64,000 bases of DNA from the NCBI GenBank assembly GCA_001662655.1, contig KV460260.1. One strand, written 5' to 3'. Source of the DNA: Pseudogymnoascus verrucosus (lineage: Eukaryota). This document shows, in pieces, positions 1 to 12,010 of the stretch (position 1 is the first letter of the stretch; each line of letters starts with the position of its first letter). Below the pieces are notes generated by a model. That model ran no database searches and had not been told where the DNA came from. It was given only the letters and a program-made list of their open reading frames with translations. The position numbers and the translations under genes are program-made.

Positions 1-277
1 TTACAGCCACGGGGCATACAACACTCGATACTCGACACTCGGGCTTCATACACTTTTGCTCGACGAGGAGCTTATATACCACCACCACTACGAGCATCAA
101 CAAAACTACACGCACCGAGTCAACAACAACATCGCCCTCGCCCATGCACCTCAACCTCACAAGGCTACACCTCACCCCCTCCACCCCACCACGCTGAGAT
201 GCGCCCCTAACAACCACCACCACAACCACAAACCTCACCACACCTGACCCCACGTCACCCCCCACACCCCGCCCACA

Positions 278-1192
278 ATGCCCACCACCCTCGAAGCCAA
301 AATCGTCGTCCTCGGCGCCCAAGGCGTCGGCAAAACCTCCCTCGTCCATCGCTACATCCACAGCACCTTCCTCCCTCCCCACCCCTCCACAATCGGTGCA
401 TCCTTCTTGACGAAACGAATCCACGACACCGATTCCAACACCCTTGTGCGGCTGCAACTCTGGGATACTGCTGGACAGGAGCGGTTCAGGTCGATCTCGC
501 GACTGTATTATAGAGGAGCGAACGCGTGTATAATCTGCTACTCCATCACCGACGCAGCCAGCTTCGAGGAAATGGGCCGGTGGCTAGCGGAGCTACGGCG
601 GGAGTTGGGAGAGGGCGTTGTGCTACACGTCGTCGGCACCAAAGCGGATATTGTGGCGAGGGAGCCGGGGAAGAGGGAGGTCCCATTTGAGAGGTGTATT
701 GCGTATGTGGCGGAGAATCTGTATCCGGCGCTCAGCTCGACGCCGCCCTTGACTGCTACGGCGGATGGGGCGGGGTTTGGGGGGAGGTCGAGAGCGACGA
801 GTGGTGGGACGGGGGAGCTGAGGAGTCCGGGCGCTACGAGCAAACGGAGTAGTGGGTTCTGGGGACAGGATGTTGGGTGGGATTGTTGTCATGAGATCTC
901 TGCTGAGAGCGGCGAAGGCGTCGATGAAGTCTTTCGAGTCGTTACGCGGAAATTGGTGGAACAAGCCAGGAAACGGGAGGAGGAAGGTGAAGGGGCTGCG
1001 GGGGCAGAGGAAGGGGGGGAATATTTTGGAGGGGAGGCGGGGAGGGGGAGTTTTAGGGTCGGGAGGGATAGGAGGAGTTGGTTGGGGTTTCCGACGGGGA
1101 TTGGGATGGAGGATGTTATTGAGGAAGGTGGGGGCCCGATTGGGGGGGCGGGGGTGGGGGGGAAGAAGGGGAAGGGGAGGAAGTGTTGTTAG
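278..1192 (+). CDS. Rab-family small GTPase (Rab5/Rab24-like, atypical G4 box)
   Basis: Intronless 304 aa ORF: P-loop GAQGVGKT, switch [17 protein letters not shown]4 variant GTKAD, G5 EISA, C-terminal KCC prenylation motif. Confidence 0.9.
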   Translation: MPTTLEAKIVVLGAQGVGKTSLVHRYIHSTFLPPHPSTIGASFLTKRIHDTDSNTLVRLQLWDTAGQERFRSISRLYYRGANACIICYSITDAASFEEMGRWLAELRRELGEGVVLHVVGTKADIVAREPGKREVPFERCIAYVAENLYPALSSTPPLTATADGAGFGGRSRATSGGTGELRSPGATSKRSSGFWGQDVGWDCCHEISAESGEGVDEVFRVVTRKLVEQARKREEEGEGAAGAEEGGEYFGGEAGRGSFRVGRDRRSWLGFPTGIGMEDVIEEGGGPIGGAGVGGKKGKGRKCC

Positions 1193-3097
1193 GTTTTTGG
1201 GGTTTGTGTTAGGAGGGGAGAGTTTGTTGTGATAGGGGGCTGATGGGATGGGTTGGATTTGTTTGGTTTGGTTTGGGCGGAAAGGATTCTTGGGTAGATG
1301 GATGGGATGGCTGCATTGGGCATTTGGGGCGGGTTGGGGGAGGGGGCGTTATATCTGGGTTTTGGCGTTGGATGTTCTGGAATCATTACGCGTGAGTGCG
1401 TTTCACACGATATTGTTTTTTGTGGTGTTTGGTTGTGAATACATGGTGCTGGCGATGGTGATATGTGTATGATACCCCTTTCCATCCGAGGATCCCAGTC
1501 AGCATCCATACACCCGGAACCTGCTTTCAGAGAAGCTGAGCCTCGATAGCTGGATTATCTCCAAACCCAAGAATGGATACCCGAAGCAATACAGAAGAAG
1601 ATGAGATGGATGCTGAGAACCATAAAATCTTTAACAGCCGGTCCCCCGCTTACACAAGTTATAAGGAGGCACAGGGAAGGACCAGAATGTTTGTGGCAGG
1701 TATGGAGATTCGAGAACTTCAGCCTAACGAAATGTGGATGGGTGGAGGCGGGGATGAAACTCTTACTTTTTTGTTGTTAAGGTCAGAGTAACCCTTTTGA
1801 CCAGAACGGAGGCGGATACCGACCTGGAGGTGGGAAGATCCATTCCCAGTGCTTTAGATGTGCAGAATTCTGGGCTGAAAGGACCGTGTTGTTGCTACCG
1901 CCACCTCTTCTTGTGGCCATAAGGCATTTCTTGTCGAGAACTCTCTCTTCTCACCTACTTCTGTCGTCGTTGCCCTCCACCCCCGCCGTTGCCATCTACT
2001 CCCCAGGGATGATGAGCGTCTCAGGCTGCTATAGCATAAATCTTTGTCGCGTACCCCGCGAGCAAGGGTAATTTTCATTTTTGTATGGTATCTTTTCCAT
2101 GCCAACGTCAACTGGCTCGTTGGAGGGTGCAATGTATGGGATGTGCGGTGGCTATTTATTCTTGTATGACAGGGGTGGGTAGGCGTATGAGATGGGGAGA
2201 AGTGGAGTTGACTTAACTTCAATTCCGAACATGCCTCCAAAGCCTGCTAGAGAAAATGATAGGGAGAAAGGAAAGCTAGACCATCCCTTTACTTACGAGT
2301 CCAGTCAGTGTAAATCTATCACAACCACCCCCATCCTTCCGACTAGCCAGGAGATCCCGAACCCCCTCAGCAAAATAAGTGCAGCTTTTATCAATAACTC
2401 GTGCGAGTCCTTGACTTACTTTGCCCCCAGGAGCAAAGAAAATATTTGAACATTTGATACCGTTGGCTGTATCGAGAAGCTCAAGAATGATCAACTTACA
2501 AAGCTTAGGAATGATCAACTTACACTCGTGGGCCTCCTACGTGAATTGGAGGGGGTGTGCGATTCTTGTCGTCTTTAGGCTTTATCTTGCTGTTGCTGCC
2601 CTGTTCTTCTCACTGTGAGGCTTTTCTAGTCGGGAATTGCTGCCATCGCGCTGTTCTGCTGTTGTTGACACACGCCCTCTCGCCTCCATCTACCCAGCCA
2701 TAGATCACCATGGCGTAATGCGGTTGTGATACACGAAGCCGTCAGACGGCGCGGAACCTCCAGTCGTTTGTTGGATTCTTTTCACAAAAGAGCTGTGGTT
2801 GAGGGTATAATATAAGGAGGACAAGAGTGCCGGTTTTATAGTTGTTTCCATCAGTCTTAAAAAACGGGCTAACCAAGCTTTCAGCGCGAATCGATACCTT
2901 GCTTTGGAAAGTAGAATTAGTGAAGAAGGAATCAGGAGATAAGTAGCCAAAGAAGTCATAGCATAGCAACTAACTATCTCTCATCTATTTTTTTGTTATC
3001 CCGTTTCCATTCCCGCACACGCCCCCTCACCTTCGATCAAAACGCTAAATAATCAAACCGACCCATTCCCCCCTTTCCATCCCTCCACCCTTTTTCC

Positions 3098-5511
3098 TCA
3101 AAGAGCCGAGTACGAGTACGCATTCCCCAAATTGTGTTCCTATCACGCACAGTTAGCCAATGTCCATACCAAAATCCTCCACCCCTCCAGGCAAGAAGAC
3201 GGAGAGCAAAGCAAAAAGACAAACCTTAATATAATCCCCCCCTTTCTCCAACCACTCCCCCCTCGTAACCCTCCCCCTCTTCCACTCCGCCCCCCCCTCT
3301 TTCCCCACCCACCCCCCAGCCCCCCTCCACGCATCCCCTACGGCATCCTTCGCCCTCCTCACCTTCACCTGTCTCTCAACCGGCAACACAGCCCTCAACT
3401 CCCTCGCCAACCTCTCCTCAAAGCCCTGAAACAGCGTTGCTCCCCCCGTCATGAATACATCCCGCATATCCACCTGCCCGCCGAGACGCTGCATCAGGAT
3501 ATCCGCTGCGATCTCCACGATGCCTGCTTGGTCCAGCCCGGCGATCGAGGGCTGGAATACTACCTCCGGGACGCGGAGCCTCTCAACGTTGAGGTGGAGC
3601 TGGTGTCCTTCCTTCGCTGAGCCGGCGTCGAAGGCGCGTGGCCCGCGCAGGAAGGCGTGGATGAGGGAAGTCGACCAATCGCTCTGCGCATCATGGGTAT
3701 GCAGTTCCGTGAAATCGGGATCGTGCTCCAGCAACTCCGCTTCGAGGGCCTTGAGACTAGCACCCAGATCCTCCTCCTCGTCCTCGGAGTTATCCCCGTC
3801 GTTGGCGACTTGGCGGTAGATTCCCCAATCGTCGTCGTCCGCGCCGAAGGTATCGTCGTCGCCTCCTCTACGGCGCTTTTTGGCGGGCGTGTCGGAGGCG
3901 AGTGCGGCGATGGATTTCATCCTAATTTGACTGGCAAGGGATTTGCGATTCCCCAGATCAGCCTTGAGGCGCTCACGCTCTTTGAGTTTCTTGACGAGCG
4001 CAGCGCGCGCGGCGCGTCGCTCCTCTAACCACCCCTCCAAATCGCCCTCGCGGCGCTCCTGGTCGAGACGCGCGATTTCAGCTACGCGAGCGGCTTCAGC
4101 GGCTTTTTCGGCCTTGGCCCGGGCGCGGGCTTCGTGGTTGGATTTCATGAGGCGTTGGTGGCGTTTCTGCTTGATTCCGGCGTCATCGAGGTCCTCGTCG
4201 GGGATTTCGAGGAGGTCGTAATTCGGGGGTTCGGCGTCATCTTCGATTTCAGGGCCACCGACATCTTTTTGCCGGGATTTGCGAATCGAGAGGTCGAGCT
4301 CCTTGATTGTCTTCGCGAGTGCATTTTCGTCCTTCAGGTCCTCGGCGTCGAGGAGGCGTTTACTCTCCTTCTTGTTCTCGGACGCCAGACGCGTCTGGAG
4401 GGACCGGTAGTAGTCGAGTTCCTGCTCCTTGCGGACCAGTTTCTCGAGACGCATCTTGGCGGCCTGCTCCTGTAGGCGGCGGCCGGACTCTTTCCGCTTC
4501 TCGGCGGCGCGCGCGAGCTCCTCTTCGGATTTCTGGATGATTACTTCTTCGGTGTACGGGTATTGGATGACCACGTCGCGGTCCTCGAGACCCGTCCAGT
4601 CGAGCACCTCGCCGACTTCCTTCATATAGTCTTGCGCCACGAAGCAGTGATCGCGAACCATGTGCTCCGCCTGCGAAGAGTTCAGCTTCCCCGTGAATCC
4701 TGGGTACTTCAGCCGGATCAGCTTAAGCAGGTACTCTGCGCTCTGAGACCCTCCCCAGTTCAGGCGCGTAGCCTGGGCGGGCTGAGCGCGCGAGTCGACC
4801 ACGGGAATCAGGTGCGTGGAGCTGTGGGAGGAGGAGACGACGAGACCCGTCTTTCCGCCATTGTGAGCATACGAGAAAAGCGCGTCAACGCCGTAGGCGA
4901 CGGAAGGGGCGCCGTAGCACTCGAAGAGAATCTCGTTCATGGATTTGCGCGAGTACGGTAGGTTGGCGAGGGTCTCGGTCATGACTATGGGCATGTCGAT
5001 TGCGCCGTTTTGGCCGTCGATGCCGAGCTTGAGGAAGAGGTAGTCGAGGACGTACTCCATCACGTCCCAGTTGCAGACGACGCCGCTACCGGCTTCGAAG
5101 GCGTTACGCATGTGCCCGCGTGCGGTGGTGTCGGCGTAGACGTCGGAGCCGGCGAAGGCGAAGGTCTTGCCTAGCTTCCGGTCTCGATACTTTGCCATCA
5201 CGGGTGGGATGGAGAACCGGGGGTTGTCCTCAAATGACCATCCTGCGCGGACTGCCGATGAACCTGGACGTGTGTTGTCAGTAGGGAGACATGGTGTGAG
5301 GATTGTAGGCTGCTGCTGCGATCTTACCATTGTCAATAACGATCGCGACGTTGTCGCTCCCAATCTGCCGTGCTTTCTTGTATCCGTCTGGCTGTGGCGC
5401 CTGGTAGCCATCGAAATGTGCTTCCTTGACGGGATATATCTTTGCAGGTCCAGCTTCTGGCCGTCCCGTCGATACCTCTGGGGCATTCGGAGATATGGCT
5501 GAGGGCGCCAT
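3098..5511 (-). CDS. ARP5: Actin-related protein 5, INO80 complex subunit
   Basis: Exons 5511-5328, 5263-3225, 3139-3098 with GT-AG introns. Gives MAPSAI...AIVIDNG|SSAVRAGW (actin-fold start), a large charged insertion, LNVERLRVPEVVFQP and a YIKEHNLGN end typical of Arp5. Confidence 0.93.
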
Positions 5512-5973
5512 GGAGGTAGTGATGTTGGTGGCTGTGGATGGTATTTGTTGTTCAAGCCATTGACGGCTGTCGTTTATGGTTGGGGTTAACTATATTTGGC
5601 AGTCGTGGCTGCTGCGTTCATTCAATCTAGGCCTGAGATTATGAGCGGCGCCGCTGGACGTGAATGCGACGTTGTTGAGGGCCCAGGTTCGGTGTGGAAT
5701 TTGGGGCGCGATAGGAATGGGCGAGGCTGAGAGTTTTCGAGGCACGACGGCGGGCACGAGGCTGTGATAGCAACAGCGATGGTGGGATATAATTCAACTT
5801 TTTGTGTATATATGAGTGTTTATCGGGCATTACACGTTTAATAAATGTATTTGTATGAAATCTGCCATTTCTTTCTTAATAAGAAGGTATAAAACCGAGT
5901 AACAAAGACTCCCAGCGCCTCATCCAATTCGTCACTCCCTTCCCGTCACAACAACCCCGCTCGTGCCTCCTCC

Positions 5974-6394
5974 CTATGATGGCTCCTTCAGGTTGTCCGT
6001 TGCTAGGTAATAAATCAGTTACAGTTCTCAGCTGCATTGTATGGAAGCCCTACCTTCAAGGTGGAAGAGCACATTCGACTGGTAGTTCTTAAACATCTGT
6101 GCAACGAGCTCCACGTTCATGTTTTGGATGTTGATTTCCTGGGATAGTATTAGCTTAATTTCTTACATATCCCATAAAAATATTTACTTGTAGGCCCTTG
6201 TTGAGAAGTACAATAGCTTCATTGAGCTTCTCCTGGGCGATTATTAGCTTCGTAGTATGTACTGGAGCTGCCCAACTTACAACGTTGGTGATGATTCGGG
6301 ACAGCAGAAGGTTCTGCTGGTGCTCATGAGGGCTTTCCTATAATCGCTCCAATTAGTAAATGTGCAGACATCAACATTATCCTAGACTTACCAT
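5974..6394 (-). CDS. DAD4: DASH/Dam1 kinetochore complex subunit Dad4 (not in ORF track)
   Basis: Five small exons (the first is only ATG at 6394-6392) joined by four GT-AG introns give [72 protein letters not shown], a recognisable Dad4 sequence. Confidence 0.92.
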
Positions 6395-6634
6395 TTTGTT
6401 TGTCTTAGTGAAGTTGCAGGAAACTAAAAGCGATCCTGGTCATCCAAACGCGGTGTTGTTGACGCGAATCGGCCCAAATGGCGGTGACGGCTGGCAGTAT
6501 ACATATATCCAGTTCCCTCACTCGCATCACCAACAAGCCAACCTCGATCGCAAACGGCACAAAGGGCATTCCATTGAAACCTCACATACTCAACACACAC
6601 AACTACTACCGACACAACCAACCCCTCCTCCAAA

Positions 6635-7252
6635 ATGCCACCCCCAATCAACCCCGCGGCCGAAGAAATCGCCGCCGCCCAAGCAGCCCACCAAGCCCTC
6701 ATCGAGAAGCTCGACATCAACCACGTCCCGCGCTCCTTCCGCAACCCCTCCTGGAAGCCCAACCAGCGCCGCAACAAAAACATCAAGACCATCCTCGGCG
6801 ACTCCTCTCGCAAAGAAGCCTCCTCCCTCATGCCCACCCAAGACAACAGCGGCGCCGCGACCCCCGGCGGCGACGAGTCCGGCGGCACTTCCACCGCGGG
6901 CGACTCGACGCCCGCCTCGAGCGCGCCCGACAGGCGTCAGCCCCCGAACCTGGCGCAGGCGAGCAGGAACTTGAGTAAGCTTGTGCTGGAGCGGAATATG
7001 AACGCGAAGGCTACGACGGTTGGGGGGTGGGGCGCTGGGCCGGGAGCGACGTATATGAATATTGAGTCGGCGCCGACGCTGGCGCATCCGAAGCACTACT
7101 GCGATATTACGGGGTTGGTGGCGCCGTATACGGATCCGAAGACTAGGCTGAGGTATCATAATAAGGAGGTGTTTGCGGTGCTGAGGACCCTGGGACAGGG
7201 TGTTGCGGAACAGTACCTGGAGGCTAGAGGGGCGCACACGATTCTGAAGTGA
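6635..7252 (+). CDS. IES6: INO80 complex subunit Ies6 (YL1_C domain)
   Basis: 205 aa ORF with FRNP..RRNKNIKTIL and TYMNIESAPTL..KHYCDITGLVAPYTDPKTRLRYHN motifs; ends YLEARGAHTILK. Confidence 0.92.
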   Translation: MPPPINPAAEEIAAAQAAHQALIEKLDINHVPRSFRNPSWKPNQRRNKNIKTILGDSSRKEASSLMPTQDNSGAATPGGDESGGTSTAGDSTPASSAPDRRQPPNLAQASRNLSKLVLERNMNAKATTVGGWGAGPGATYMNIESAPTLAHPKHYCDITGLVAPYTDPKTRLRYHNKEVFAVLRTLGQGVAEQYLEARGAHTILK

Positions 7253-7489
7253 GGGGGGAGGGGATATGTTGTGTGAGGGTTATGGGAGCACATTTGGCAT
7301 TTGGCTATTGGTCATTTGAGGCATGGAGTCACTCAAGCACGGAGTTTAAGGCAGGAACGGCGCTGGTTGATACAGGGCATCGGATTCATAAAACTATGGG
7401 ATAGCTAAATAAGGGGGTATGTATGCTCAATCTAAGGTCTATACTTCCATGTGAAATATATGAAGCTAGACAGACAAGACGGCATGTTT

Positions 7490-8040
7490 GTTTCGTTGTG
7501 AGATCATCACAGTCAAGCTCATTCCATACGGCAACTGTCTTTCAACAACCGCATCCTCGGAAGCGCTCCGGCTTAATAGCGATCGTAGGGTACAACTCCG
7601 TAGAGTGCGAGTACCCCGGGTGTTCTTTGCCTTGACGGGGTACCGAGAGCATATTGGGGATAAACTCTCAGTTACCATAGCTATTAAAGCTAGGTGATCC
7701 GGCATGTATGGATTCGTGAATAGGATTGTAGGATCGTTGGGATCGTAGAATCGTATATAGAATAAACAAAGGAATAAAACAATGAAATGCAGCCTACCGT
7801 CATACGACGCAAGTTGAGGTCCAAGACACCACACCACACATCAGGACAGATATCCATCCCTCCCGTGGCTGTTGGTCCAGGCACCCGCCGCACACACAAT
7901 GTGCCAGCAAGAAGGACAACACAATCACCGAAGCCGCCACATTGTGTTGTGGACTCGCCGACGTCGTGGTGTTCAGCTCTCCATTATTGATCTCCAAATG
8001 GTATTGAAGAAATTTCTGTATTGAAACGGATCATCGCCTA
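7490..8040 (-). ncRNA. Putative structured non-coding RNA (one or two RNAs; class unassigned)
   Basis: Nested stems, minus-strand cUACGg (7595-7606) and cUUCGg (within 7916-7950) tetraloop hairpins, minus-strand TATAAATA at 8059-8052, and no credible ORF. Confidence 0.55.
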
Positions 8041-8284
8041 CAAAACCGAGCTATTTATACAGCCCCCGACCCCACTTCAGCTCAATCCGGTGCACGTCCC
8101 CCCCATTATCAGCGGCCGGACTGGGATCTACGAGTTTATCGCCGCCGTAATCTCGCTGCGCCCTCGAGAAAAAAAAAGGAACCTCTCCTCCTTCACACTC
8201 TTCTTCTCTGTGTCCGCTTGAAGCCCTAATTTATATTTCTGTTGCCATATACTGTACAGAAGGACCCTTCGAAATACCGCCAAT

Positions 8285-8880
8285 ATGCCTACCATGTGGT
8301 TATCAGATTCGCAGAGTACGTCGCGCTCCCACATCCCCATCTCCAGCTGCAGCCCCTTTTTCCCACTGTGCGCCTGTCGCCATACTCCGCTCATGAACAG
8401 ACTTCGCAATGGGGATTACATACTAACATTCACACAGAGGTCGGTGTCGCCTTCTGCTCCGGTGGTAAGCTCATCCCGCCGCTCCTTCCCGTGCCAACAA
8501 ACCCCTAACACAGCAGCACAGGCGCCTTCTTCCTCATCTTCGGCGTCTTCCTCTTCTTCGACCGCGCCATGCTCGCCATGGGCAACATCCTCTTTCTCAT
8601 CGGCCTGACCGCCATCATCGGCCCGGCCAAGACACTCCTATTCTTCGCGCGTCGCCAGAAGCTGAAGGGCACTGCGGCCTTCGCGGCTGGCATCCTGCTC
8701 ATCTTACTGCGCTGGCCGCTGATCGGGTTCCTGGTCGAGCTGTACGGCATCTTCATCCTCTTTGGCGACTTCATCGGCACCATCCTCGGCTTCATGCGCA
8801 ACATTCCCGTTATCGGTCCGTACATCGGGATGGTTGTGGATCGTGTGCCTGGGCTTGGCAACGAGACACTGCCGGTTTGA
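8285..8880 (+). CDS. GOT1: Got1 family Golgi transport membrane protein
   Basis: Exons 8285-8315, 8438-8464, 8522-8880: [44 protein letters not shown]...RNIPVIGPYI. Confidence 0.92.
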
Positions 8881-9322
8881 AGAGGAGGAATAAATGGCCT
8901 GGATTTTTTGGTGGATAAGGAAAGGAGATTATACGCGATCATGGAATTATTATATGTTGGCAGAACGAGGACGAGTAAACGATACGATCGCAGCTATAGA
9001 CTGTACGATAGGCTGGTGCTTGCCTCGAGTAAACGGGGTTGAGCGGGCGTTTGGACGGGGGAAGTCAAGACGATTATACCCAGGTGGTTATACACGTTAC
9101 TTTGCAGTATGGGGACGGAAATAATATTACGATGTACCAGCTTGATATTTTGGTTACCCTATCTACCTTCCTGGATCTTTCTGAAAAATAACGTATCGCC
9201 AAACCTGGAACCTGTGTCTTGCGGTCTAGTAGTGTACGCTTGTTGTGATAAATTGATAAGTGGAGTTTCTTTCCTGCTGTCGTCAAATTCGTTTTCTCTT
9301 ATCCTGGAAACGCTTAATGCTT

Positions 9323-11078
9323 TTATTTCGCAAGCTCATTGACGTCCGTCACCTCTCCGAGCCCCTTAGCACCTCCCTCCTCCACCAACTGCTGAGGAAC
9401 CTTTCCATTCACCCCATTGACGGGTTTCACGCCGTTAACCCCATTCGATCCATTCGCGATCTTGAGGGTACGAACCTCCTCGGTGGTTCGCACAATGATA
9501 TCAAAGGCGTTGAGAACATACTTCTCCTCAGCCAGCTCATTCGCACTGACCACACGAAGAATGTAAATTCCACCCACCACACTGCTGGTGATATAAATAA
9601 CACCGCCATTGTTAACAGCCTCATAGACCTGCTTCGACACGCGATTCACCTCCTCGCGATCCTCCCCATCCTTGGGAGTAAGAGCAAACGTCGTCAATGC
9701 AAAGCTAGGCTCGCCAATCACGGTGAACAAATCGGCTCTCTTCTTAACAAGACCATGGAAGAGATCGCCCAGCTTGACGTGGCGACGGATGTGCGCCTGC
9801 ATTCCCTCGACACCATAGGTGCGCATGACGAACCAGATCTTCAAGCTGCGGAAGCGGCGGCCGAGAGGGATCTGCCAATCGCGGTAATCGGTGACCAGGC
9901 CGCTCTCGGTGTGCTCATTGCGAAGGTAGCTTGGGGTCACGCTGAGGGCGTCGATGAGGTCCTTGCGCTTGCGGATGAAGAGGCAGGAGGCGTCGAAGTT
10001 GGTCAGAAGCCACTTGTGCATGTTCATGTCGAAGGAGTGGAACTCTCCAAAGTGCGAGGTCAGGTGGTGGTACTCCGGGCAGACGAGGGCCGAACCAGCA
10101 TAGGCGGCATCAACGTGAACCCAGATCTCGCCGATGCCGGGTGGAGCTGCGGTCTTGAGGGCTTTGGCGATGGAGCAGAAGTCATCGACGGCGCAGGTGG
10201 AGGTCGTTCCCAAGCTGCAGGTGAGGTAGAAGGGCTCGAGGCCCTTGGCTCTGAGCTCATTGATCGTCTTCAGCAGGGCGTCACCGGTCATGGCGAAGTT
10301 GTTCTCGAGGGTCGTAGGGACTGAGCGGTAGCGGACGCCGGAGATGAGGGCAGCCTTCTGGGTGCTGCTGTGGGCCTGATCGCTGCCAAGGGCAACGAGC
10401 TTGCTGCGCTTGTGGGCAATGGCATCTTCTTGCTCCTCACCGCTGAGGTGGGATGTGGTCTCACGGAGATACTTGTCACGGGCAGCCACCATGCAGGTTA
10501 CAATTGCCTCTGAGGCGGAACCCTGGATGACACCACCACCCTCCCCAGTGGAGAGGTAGCAGTCTGGGAGGTTGAGGAGCTTGGCAAGCCAATCCATGAC
10601 GACTGTCTCAAGCTCAGTGACAGCAGGGGAGCAAATCCAGTTAAAGGCCGGGGCAGTGAATGCAGCCGAGTAGAGCTCACCCAGCATGCCTGGGAAGGAG
10701 CTGCTGGCAGGGAAGAAAGCCATGAAGTTTGGATGTTGCCTGTCCGTGTTAGAATGGACTGGCGGGGTGCGGAATCAAAGGGACAAGGCACAAGGAAGTG
10801 GGAGGGGGTCATACCAGTGAGTCAGTCCAGGCACGATCTTCTCCTCGATGTCCTTCTGGATATCTTGCCATGACTCTCCTTTCTCAGGAGGACCGGATGG
10901 GAGGATCTTCCTGAGATATCCGGGCTCAACACTGGACAAGACCTTGCGGTCTGGCAGGGTGTCATAGTAGTTGACAACTGCTCCAGATCAGTATGTTACT
11001 TCCTTGTCATGGGCAGTGATACTACTCACTCTCATCAATCGCTGATGTTGCGGCCTCCTTGAACTGCTTGGAGTCCAT
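9323..11078 (-). CDS. Aromatic-L-amino-acid decarboxylase (group II PLP enzyme)
   Basis: Exons 11078-11030, 10977-10815, 10739-9323. Motifs MDSKQFKEAA, PGLTHWQHPNFMAFFP, SPAVTELE, HVDAAYAG, NMHKWL (PLP Lys), DYRDWQIPLGRRFRSLK. Confidence 0.93.
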
Positions 11079-12010
11079 TGTGGCGATTCAATGATTGCTA
11101 CAAAGCAAAGCTGTGCAAAGGAAAGGCAGCTTGTTGTTGCTTGAGATCGAAATAAGAGGAAGCAAGGGGAAAGAAAGGAATATATACACGCTACGCAATG
11201 GCGTATCTGGCGATAACGATAGGTAATTTACGACAAGTCTACTATATGTCTGAGCTGCATTTCGAATTCGAAGCCATCGCCGCCACATTCAATTCATAAT
11301 CGAAGTCTAACAGCGGAACGTTCCGCGCTTTGACAAACTAGCGCCGACGCCGTCGTGGATTATGGCCAACGACAGTGCTTATATGATTGTTTCCACAGTA
11401 AATTCTGGTTCTGGGCTGTCGTGCGCAGGTCAAGTCCTGTGACGAGGTTGATTAGACTGCAGTGCATGCAAGTGCCGTGATGGCATTGATCAATCAAAGC
11501 TATGAGAATGCAATAGTTGCAAAAAACTCGTCATTTCTTTTTTGCAGCTGAGAGGTCACATTGGACGAGATAAGATTAGATCCGTTGGGCGTTGGGGCCC
11601 TGCGTAAATCATCTGCAGGGACGTGCAAATCCGGCACAGCATGACCTGGGTGGGCGTTAAATTTTTGAAGCTATTTATAAAAAAAACTTTATACCAAGAC
11701 AATTGTTTCACCGCTGGTTCCGAGGCCGAGGCCGTGGAATCAGAATCATTGCTGCTGTGGTTGCTGCTGTAGCTGTATGTTTCCAGAAGAAAGTGATGCA
11801 TACCCCGCATGAAACAGCTCAGGTTCCATCAACCTCATTCGTCATCGTAGAACTTGGATTACCGAGCAAGATCACATAATCATCCGACAACTATAAAGCT
11901 TCATATTCAAAGGATTCATCGTGGTAGCCTTGCTACTTCATTCAAGACTCTGTGCTTCAGCCAAATATCATCACTTTTATCACACACACTACTGCAAGAA
12001 TCATCACACC

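Noticed and set aside
1500..3000. Candidate telomerase RNA or snoRNA locus; duplicated GAATGATCAACTTACA near 2486-2523
   Set aside because: No convincing TAACCCTAA template or paired C/D boxes with an rRNA guide; the short duplication alone is uninformative.
7490..8040. Specific assignment to U3, U14, snR30, RNase P/MRP, SRP or spliceosomal snRNA
   Set aside because: Diagnostic conserved boxes not found by eye; left unassigned.
9260..10324. 354 aa plus-strand ORF
   Set aside because: Antisense shadow of the aromatic amino acid decarboxylase; no motifs of its own.
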